Below, piece by piece: positions 9,117 to 16,000 of a stretch of 34,903 nt of DNA. The translations under genes were made by a program, and so were the position numbers. Within the stretch, counting starts at the first letter, position 1; each line of letters opens with the position of its first letter. Location of the stretch: IMG/VR virus record IMGVR_UViG_3300048823_000024, positions 1 to 34,903 of that record. One strand, written 5' to 3'. The notes beneath the pieces were generated by a model that was not told the origin of the DNA, searched no databases, and saw nothing but the letters and a program-made list of their open reading frames with translations. The DNA is from a virus (lineage: Duplodnaviria; Caudoviricetes).

Positions 9117-9239
9117 ATTACCCTCCTGTTTATCGGGTTGAATCCCCGGCCCTGCCAAGTGACACAGGCAAGGCTCCGTCGTAGACTGCCGCTAACTGAG
9201 CTTGGCCTCCAGCTTTGTTCTGCGGGCCGGGAAACTTGG

Positions 9240-9575
9240 TTAGAACGGTACGAGCGCCGCTTCTTCCTCAGCGGAGAGAATGGACGGGCACTCATAGCGG
9301 GCGGGGCGAGCGGGTTCAACGAGGATGCACATCTTGGAGCGCGGGATGCCGAGAACGAACCCGTCTCCTTCGAGAGTGAAATCCTCGTAGTCTGTGCCCT
9401 CGTGGCGAATCTTCTTCGTTAAGGGACGGGACAGAACCTTCGCCAATTCGAGGAATGTCTGCTTATCGTCGTTGACTGGGGTGATTGAAACGTAAGTATG
9501 GATTTCCGCTTCGGGAGCCTTTTCGAGGTCGCGGGCCAGCCTGCGGAGCTTCAGTACGAATTCAAGTGCTTTCAT
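9240..9575 (-). CDS. Hypothetical protein, first gene of the leftward early operon
   Basis: AAGGAG RBS directly downstream of the predicted leftward promoter. Confidence 0.8.
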   Translation of the reverse strand: MKALEFVLKLRRLARDLEKAPEAEIHTYVSITPVNDDKQTFLELAKVLSRPLTKKIRHEGTDYEDFTLEGDGFVLGIPRSKMCILVEPARPARYECPSILSAEEEAALVPF

Positions 9576-9597
9576 CTATTTTCTCCTTTCTTTACGG

Positions 9598-9626
9598 ATT
9601 AAAACATGCCGCCGCCTTTCTGTCAA
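9598..9626 (-). promoter_or_regulatory. Sigma70-type leftward early promoter
   Basis: Minus strand TTGACA (9626-9621), 17-nt spacer ending in TGt, TTTAAT (9603-9598), with an AT-rich tract upstream. Confidence 0.85.
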
Positions 9627-9647
9627 CTATTATTTCATATTTTTTAG

Positions 9648-9676
9648 TTGCCATATCGGTATGGTTGGTGTACTGT
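9648..9676 (+). promoter_or_regulatory. Sigma70-type rightward promoter giving a leaderless transcript
   Basis: TTGCCA (9648-9653), 17-nt spacer, TACTGT (9671-9676). ATG 9683 lies at the expected +1. Confidence 0.7.
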
Positions 9677-9682
9677 GTGACT

Positions 9683-9856
9683 ATGACTGAAAAGCCCAGT
9701 TCGATCATGCTAAACGCCGACGACCGGAAGATTGTCGAGTGGCTGCGCAAGCGTCTCAGTAAAACGCATGGTAAGGTTAGCTTTACCTTTATCGCGCGTC
9801 AGGCTGTCCGCGCTCTTCAACGTGAATTGAGGGGTCCGCGTGATGGCGCTGTGTAA
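9683..9856 (+). CDS. Small ribbon-helix-helix-like transcriptional regulator (57 aa)
   Basis: MTEKPSSIMLNADDRKIVEWLRKRL...VSFTFIARQAVRAL has a strand-helix-helix pattern. It is divergent from the early operon, at the usual repressor position. Confidence 0.65.
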   Translation: MTEKPSSIMLNADDRKIVEWLRKRLSKTHGKVSFTFIARQAVRALQRELRGPRDGAV

Positions 9857-9891
9857 TTGCGGATGCGGGCAAATAGCGAATAAATTTAGGC

Positions 9892-9920
9892 AAAGAGAAA
9901 GGGCATCCCGAAGGACGCCC
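9892..9920 (-). terminator. Intrinsic terminator ending the late/lysis operon
   Basis: Minus-strand RNA GGGCGUCC-UUCG-GGAUGCCC followed by UUUCUCUUU, about 45 nt after the endolysin stop. Confidence 0.85.
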
Positions 9921-9963
9921 ATCTCCGCTCTGGCGTAACGCAACGACTCTTTTCCGTATCGGG

Positions 9964-10341
9964 TTAGCCGATCAGTTCCTCAGTGATTACAGTCTCCGGC
10001 GCAACGCCCATCCATGAGCAGACGCTGGCCTGATAGCTGCTCTGATTGTTCCCATCGCTGGGCGGTGCCCACTTGTTGAGCGCCGCCGCGAGGTTCATGC
10101 CGAGGTAGCTTTCCATGAGCAGCGTCCGCATAGCGCCCCATCCGGCGTCAGGCGACGGGAAGCGGGCGAAGCGGGCGGTTCCCGTCTTTCCGTCCGGGAT
10201 CGTCTCCAGCACGGCATGGTAGGGTGCGCTTTCCTGCCAAGGTTCAAAGTTGAGATTTCCGGGATTGTTGTTTCGCGTTGCACGGTTTGCAGGAGGGCCA
10301 AAACCCTCCATGCGGGCTATAGCTTGGATGAGCGTCAGCAT
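9964..10341 (-). CDS. Putative endolysin, lysozyme-like RNNNPGN family (125 aa)
   Basis: AIARMEG...RNNNPGNL...RFARFP....G..A...L...Y...KWAPP..GNN...Y. Start reassigned to ATG 10341 behind AAGGAG. Last gene of the lysis cassette. Confidence 0.75.
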   Translation of the reverse strand: MLTLIQAIARMEGFGPPANRATRNNNPGNLNFEPWQESAPYHAVLETIPDGKTGTARFARFPSPDAGWGAMRTLLMESYLGMNLAAALNKWAPPSDGNNQSSYQASVCSWMGVAPETVITEELIG

Positions 10342-10405
10342 GAAATCTCCTTCGGAATGAGAATTATCCCTTTGGCTTCCACGGAAGTTAAAGGGACACC
10401 TTCCT

Positions 10406-11203
10406 TCAAAACAGCGGTGGCAAAATGTGTGAATGAATCCATAGGGTAGTGGCGTCCACGCCACCGAGAAAGGTCAGTTTCTTTTTTTCAGGGTGTAGCC
10501 ATTTGTGGTACCAAGTCGCGCTGTCGGTGGTCATTTCGGCGACGTTCCCGCTGGTGGTTGCTGTGCTATCGATTATCTTCTTCACGTCGTCCGACATGAT
10601 CAGCGCATTTACATCCTTTGCTGTGAGCGTGTACTGGGCCACGAGGGGCGGCAGGGCATCAATGGCAGGCTTAGCGGCAACCAGATCGTCTCTCGCCGCG
10701 TCCAGGGTGCCTGTGGCGCTTCTGGCGGTGCCTGCAAGGGCGGAAGCGGCATCTCCGAGCTTTGCGGATGAATCCCCCAACATATTCACTGCGGCGACCG
10801 TAGGTGGAGAGATTTGCTCCAGCGATGGGATCAGGCCGCAGTTTCCGCTAACAGTCTTGCCGGACATTTCCACCAGCACCTGGTGTGGCCCAAGAGGCCC
10901 CTCAGCCCAGGTTGTAGGCGGAAAATATCCGTTGCCCATCTTACCCGGCTTAGGGCATGGTTTCAGGAGAGCGATCACGATATCTCTGATAGAGGCGGTG
11001 GCGTCGAGCACCCCCTGATCCGTATCTGTGATTGTCTTGTTCGCAGGGGCCAGGGCAGCGCTCAATATGGCAGGGGAGTTCGCGAGGGCGGCACGAGCCA
11101 GCAATTGAGTTTGGTGCGTATCCCACGCAAAGAACGCTGCGCTCAGCCCCACGGCCAAAAGGCACAGCGTCTCCGCGATCAGTTTGGGAGTCTGCCAGTT
11201 CAT
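10406..11203 (-). CDS. Membrane-anchored, largely helical Ala-rich protein (spanin-like or MlaD-like topology, function unknown)
   Basis: N-terminal hydrophobic segment LCLLAVGLSAAFFAW followed by heptad-like helices. Start likely ATG 11203, just after the upstream stop. Confidence 0.7.
   Translation of the reverse strand: MNWQTPKLIAETLCLLAVGLSAAFFAWDTHQTQLLARAALANSPAILSAALAPANKTITDTDQGVLDATASIRDIVIALLKPCPKPGKMGNGYFPPTTWAEGPLGPHQVLVEMSGKTVSGNCGLIPSLEQISPPTVAAVNMLGDSSAKLGDAASALAGTARSATGTLDAARDDLVAAKPAIDALPPLVAQYTLTAKDVNALIMSDDVKKIIDSTATTSGNVAEMTTDSATWYHKWLHPEKKKLTFLGGVDATTLWIHSHILPPLF
10835..10930 (-). repeat. Copy 1 of an in-frame 96-nt/32-aa module (GYFPPTTWAEGPLGPHQVLVEMSGKTVSGNCG)
   Basis: By manual alignment, 74/96 nt and 24/32 aa identical to 14487..14582. 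Confidence 0.95.
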
Positions 11204-11207
11204 CAGG

Positions 11208-11444
11208 CTACGCCGCCGGGGTGAAGTCAACGTAGAACACGCCGCCAATCGGTAGTTTGGCAACAGCGTCCGGGTTGGTGATCGTCATAGTGATCTTCCC
11301 TGAAGGGGTTGCGGCAGAGTAACTGTTGTCTTCGGCGTTGGTACTACCGCCATAAACAGCATTCAGTTCAACTTCCACATAGGTTGAGGTCGCACTGTGA
11401 TTCGTGACCTTGCTTACGAAGAATTTTCCTCTTACATCGGACAT
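11208..11444 (-). CDS. Conserved small phage protein (78 aa)
   Basis: AGGAG RBS. VRGKF.V...V.L.AVY...ED..Y..ATPSG.I...I.NP.A...G..FYVDFTP is a widespread phage hypothetical motif. Confidence 0.85.
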   Translation of the reverse strand: MSDVRGKFFVSKVTNHSATSTYVEVELNAVYGGSTNAEDNSYSAATPSGKITMTITNPDAVAKLPIGGVFYVDFTPAA

Positions 11445-11552
11445 CGTATTTATCTCCTGTCAAGTTGGTCGAGTGTTGGTTTCGGCTTCACGCGCACCCC
11501 ACCAATCTGAGGAGGAAGCCGTGGGCGCTTTGGAGTCTTCTTGGGCATCAGG

Positions 11553-11981
11553 TTACGCTGCAGACGTGGAAGTCGCCGTCGATGCCGGCACCGGGAAAGA
11601 ACTTACCAGCGTGTTGACCGTGCTCACTGCCAGATTGACGGCGGCGACGGACTGAGGATTGGTGATGTTTTCCGCCTGCTCCAGGCTTCCTAGGTCCGTT
11701 GCGACGCCCGCGAGCAAACTCTTTCCAGAAGGCGTTGGCCCGACTGTTTTCACCAACGTGTTCACGGCCAGAAGTTCCTGTTGCGCCTTCGACACAATAT
11801 CGCCCACGAGAGTCGATGCCGGACCGTTGCTTTCAAGCGTGAATACGGTTTCCAGAGAAATGCCGACGACATTGACGCCGACGCTCAGGATATTGTAAAA
11901 GGCGGGTTCTTTGCCCCACCAAGACGCCAAAGTCTTTTCTGCTTTGGCAAGGACACTTTCGATTGCGGAGATAACACTCAT
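11553..11981 (-). CDS. Hypothetical protein of the lysis cassette (142 aa)
   Basis: Start reassigned to ATG 11981 (MSVISAIES) behind GAGGAGG. Amphipathic helices and one mildly hydrophobic segment. Confidence 0.75.
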   Translation of the reverse strand: MSVISAIESVLAKAEKTLASWWGKEPAFYNILSVGVNVVGISLETVFTLESNGPASTLVGDIVSKAQQELLAVNTLVKTVGPTPSGKSLLAGVATDLGSLEQAENITNPQSVAAVNLAVSTVNTLVSSFPVPASTATSTSAA

Positions 11982-12006
11982 GTTATGCGCCTCCTCTGGC
12001 GCTGTG

Positions 12007-12252
12007 CTACTTGGTTGGACTGTCGGGAAAGGTGGCGCCTGGGTTATTGATTGTAGCGTTGGGTCCTGTCGAGTTGCTGGTTGCGCTTGCGTGACCGGCA
12101 AAGGCTCCGAGGGCACCGCTGACGAGGTTACTTGCGATTGCGAGGACCGCAGTGCCAACTGCGACCGGGTCCGGGTGAAAAAGTACGGCCAATGCAACGA
12201 TCACCCCCAGAACTGCGAGTACGACTGCCCAGAACGGTTCAGGTAATTTCAT
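12007..12252 (-). CDS. Putative holin (two transmembrane segments)
   Basis: FWAVVLAVLGVIVALAVLF and VAVGTAVLAIASNLVSGALGAFAG, then a polar tail. GGGGGTG RBS, located in the lysis cassette. Confidence 0.7.
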   Translation of the reverse strand: MKLPEPFWAVVLAVLGVIVALAVLFHPDPVAVGTAVLAIASNLVSGALGAFAGHASATSNSTGPNATINNPGATFPDSPTK

Positions 12253-12253
12253 T

Positions 12254-12307
12254 TTACACCCCCAGAAGTGCCATTAGAACTGCCCAAAATAGATAGGAAA
12301 GCTTCAT
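12254..12307 (-). CDS. 17-aa mini-ORF MKLSYLFWAVLMALLGV, paralogous to the holin N-terminus
   Basis: ATG 12307 overlaps the upstream stop (ATGA) and has a GGAAGGGA RBS. 11/17 residues are identical to MKLPEPFWAVVLAVLGV. Confidence 0.55.
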   Translation of the reverse strand: MKLSYLFWAVLMALLGV

Positions 12308-12444
12308 AGCGTTCCCTTCCCGCTGCAAACGCAGCACTTCAAGTGCTCCTGAATCCCTTCGCGATAGTCAATCTTTACCCACCCCAGCCCATCGCAGAGG
12401 GAGCAGATACGCTTCCAAAACAGGTTTTTGATAAACCAAATCAT
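12304..12444 (-). CDS. Small DnaJ-type Zn-finger protein (46 aa)
   Basis: Not in the ORF track. MIWFIKNLFWKRICSLCDGLGWVKIDYREGIQEHLKCCVCSGKGTL has two CxxCxGxG motifs, with TAATG coupling to the upstream gene. Confidence 0.8.
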   Translation of the reverse strand: MIWFIKNLFWKRICSLCDGLGWVKIDYREGIQEHLKCCVCSGKGTL

Positions 12445-12776
12445 TACTTTAACCTCGTGAAGATGAGGCCGCCAATAAAACCAATCACACTACCGATCAT
12501 CGTAAACGCAGCGGCAATCCCGGCCACGAATTGCTTCCACGATTCCAATCGCGTGACTCGTTCTGCTAATTTGGGTAAATCCTTTGTACGCTCCACCAAA
12601 AGGTCGAGCGTGGTTTTCATATCGGCCAACGTTACGCTATGGTCCTTCAGGAGTTGGGTCTGCGAATCCTCTCGCTTTCTGGCAAGATCGTCGCGCTCTT
12701 TGGTGAGCCGCTCGATGTCCTTTTGGAGTGCGTTCACCCCCTCGAATTGGCTGACGTTTGTTCTGCGCTCGATCAC
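12444..12776 (-). CDS. XhlA/holin-accessory-like protein (coiled coil plus C-terminal transmembrane helix)
   Basis: Start reassigned to GTG 12776 behind AAGGAGG. Coiled coil ...LAERVTRLESWK followed by hydrophobic FVAGIAAAFTMIGSVIGFIGGLIF. Confidence 0.75.
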   Translation of the reverse strand: MIERRTNVSQFEGVNALQKDIERLTKERDDLARKREDSQTQLLKDHSVTLADMKTTLDLLVERTKDLPKLAERVTRLESWKQFVAGIAAAFTMIGSVIGFIGGLIFTRLK

Positions 12777-13061
12777 TTCCCCTCCTTCAGTCCCTAAGCC
12801 CCTAAGCTCCCTTGGGTATAAACCACCAGTACAGAGATACGCACCGTTTGCACTGCGCCCTCCGATACGGTGCCTACGGAGCGGCGTCAATCAAGGCCGT
12901 TCTCGGCTCCTGAGAGATGGCAGAGATTATCCTTGGCGGATTGGTACCACCCGTCTGGGCAAATAACCTTGTACCGAACAGTAGGCATAAGATCGTTCGT
13001 CTCAAGTATCGTGATTGGCTGAATTGTTTTGTCAATGGCTTCACCCCCTTCCCTGTGACTT

Positions 13062-16000
13062 CTAAGATGTAGGCGCTACAAACGAATGGTAGTAAACAAT
13101 TACCCGGATAGCACCAGCACCCGGAGTTGCATTAAAGGTTACTAACACCGCCGCAGCCGATGCTTGCAGAGCATAGGCGCTTGGGATACAAACCCCTGTT
13201 GCCCCACTAGTCAACGTGCTCTGTGTTGAGCAATACTGACTCGTAGACCCGGTTTGTCCAACAGTGAAACTTGCCGCCGTGGTGATGCTGGTAGTTACGC
13301 GATAAACCACCGCATCGATTATAGAGTTCGCCGGGAGACAACTTAAAGCGGTCGTCGTTGTGGCACTGCCTGTGTTAACAGTCGTGGTTCCAAACGAAGT
13401 AGCACAGGCGGAGGACGACTCGGTGATGCTGGACTGATACGTCGGGTCCGCCGTCGAGATAGAGCCAAGGAAGTTCTGCGGCCCGTCAGTCCCCTTCAGA
13501 TAAGTCAAAGTTGACTGGGTGCCGTCCTGAATCCTCCACATGTGATCCCAAACCGGAAGGATTGCGTTATCTCCAACGCCACTCGCCACCGCGAAGTTGG
13601 CATAATTTGTGCCAATGTACGCTGAGGTTGGAGTACTCGCGCTGGAGTTCTCAATGGTAAGTGGGGCAGTGCTCGAACCAGGAAGAATGACCCCGATCTG
13701 CCACTCCGCTGTCATGCCGCTCCCGATAGCAGCGTAGTTCTGATGATGCTGAATGTTGTGAATGACGGTGGGTCCGCTGAGCACGTCGTTTTCGTCAAAA
13801 CCAACCACATAAGATGTATCATCCTCCGCGTAGTCAATTTCAGTCCCAACGGCAACGAAGCCACAAGCAGCATAGAAAGAGTGTACAAACCCGAAGTGAG
13901 CCAGACCAAGATACTCACCACAGCCTTCATAGGTATAGTAGGCAATAGCCCCAGTCTGAGCAACTGTTTCACTAACAGTCAAAGTCAGACCAGTTATGGT
14001 GATCGTGTTTGCGCTTGCATTGACAGTCGGGGACCGGGACGTCCCTGGAAGCGCACACCCGCCAGCGGAACCTGTGAAGTTCGCAAACTCAACAGGCTGT
14101 GTCACGCCAGTTAAAGGGTCAATCGTTCCCGGCACGAATGTTCCCGGCAACCCAGTCGCGGGGTTGTATGTCAACACGATAGTTCCAGTGCCGGTTCCTG
14201 CGGTCGATGTGCAGCTTGTTACGTTGAATAAGGTCGCTGTTCTTTTACCATCCGCATCAGATACAAGTTCATTTGCTGCATTCGAGTCAGACCCATTTAC
14301 AACCAGTCCCCACTGCGCAGATGCATTGTTGTCAAACCACACAGTGAGTGTTGATGTGGAACTTGAGCAACCGCCAACAAGACCAGCATTGTTCTGCGAA
14401 CCATCCATTACGATGGTATAACTAGTGATCTGGTAACTTGAGTTGACATTTCCAAGAATCACCGGCACCTGGTAAAAGCAGGGAGCACCGTAACCACCGC
14501 TAATAGGCTTGCCGGAAATTTCACCCATTACCTGGTGTGGTCCAAGCGGTCCCTCAATCCAAGTGGTAGGAGGGAAATATCCGAGACAGGCGCTGCTTCC
14601 AGAGCCGGGGTGATCGCCAAGCGTACCGGAACAATTGTTTGCATTACTCACGGAAGTAACGTGAGCACCAGATGTGCCACTCAAATTTGCAATTGCTTGT
14701 GCCATGCCGGAACCGCCGCCAGATGAGCAGCATCCAATAACGGCAATAGACCCAAGCGATGCTTGACTCATCCCTTTTATCTCGCCCGCAAACGAGCCAT
14801 ATCCCCAATTAGTACCTGGTGTTCCTTGGATCTTGTCTATCTTTGAATTTTCCCCAAGATGCTGCCAATCAAATGAACACGGTGCTTCGTTGTTGGTAAC
14901 AATCAGATTGATATTTACCACATCGAAGACCTGAAAGGCCGCGTCATTCTTCTCCAGCATACAATTATTGGCGATATTTGTGTTGATGGTTGCGCCGGTC
15001 CAGTTGAGATTTGCTCCACCAAGATCAACAGATACAGTAGCCGGAAGAGCCGGGTATAGGACCGTTGGTGCCCCTGGATAGCTAAGTTGGGGCCACAGGC
15101 TTTGCGCCGCCGTATTGATGGTCCCGATCCCCCGAGCCTTCACGCTCTGCGCGTTGCCGGTGCTGTAGTATGTATTCACCGCGTTGTTGAACGCCACATC
15201 GTACTGGGTTGTGTACGATGTAGGAGTAATAGAGTACAGATTGAAGACCGTTCCTGCTGTTATGGCCGCCGTCGTTGGCGCGGAGAGCGTTATTGTCCCA
15301 GTTCCGCCGCTCAAAGACGAACTGCTGACCGTCACGAGCGGTGATGCCATTCCAGCAATCGTAGGAGCCTGGATCGTAAGCCCGTTACAGACACCGCTAT
15401 TACACGTGCCATAATTTGTCGCGCTGACTGTGACGGTCGCGCTGGAAGCACTTGCGCTTCCTGCCACTTGCGCGACTAAGGCCCACGCATTCACCACGGC
15501 TGACGCTGGCGCACACTGCACCGACCATTCCCCACCTATGGTCGCCCCGCAGGAGTTTCCTGCCGCAGTAACGGTTCCTGTCGTGTTCTGCGTAGGAATT
15601 GTCACCGGCGCAGGCGCGTTGTCGGTATCGATGAAGTCGCCGCCCACCTGATAGCAGGGAGCAACGGACTGGTAAGCCCCCCCATTGGTGGAACGCAAAA
15701 CGTAATAGCATGATTCGTAATCTGCCCCTGCTGGAAGAATGATGCCGTTGAAGACAGTCGGCGGATTACCGCCGACCAGAGTTGAAGCGTTTGTTACCGT
15801 GTTGCTCGCCGGACCGGGTACGGTCATGCCCTGGCAGGTGTTTGTGGCAACGCTGTACCCCTGGCAAATTCCAATCTTGTAGGAGTAAGTGGTGGCTCCT
15901 GTCCCATAAGCCGTTGCCACAGGCGCTCCGCTAGGCGTGGTTTGCTGCACCACACTGATGTTCCCAGTCTGTACCGCATCGTTAAGAAGAGAGCCGAAGT

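Noticed and set aside
9485-9682. N-terminal extension of the plus-strand regulator (123-aa call)
   Set aside because: It overlaps the divergent gene and both promoters. The leaderless start at 9683 fits better.
11470-11552. Hammerhead ribozyme suggested by CUGAUG...GAAAC
   Set aside because: The core reads CUGAUGC rather than CUGAUGA, and I could not build the three required stems.
10835-14582. The repeat pair as template/variable repeats of a diversity-generating retroelement
   Set aside because: Differences are mostly third-position and not adenine-specific, both copies are coding, and no reverse transcriptase is in the window.
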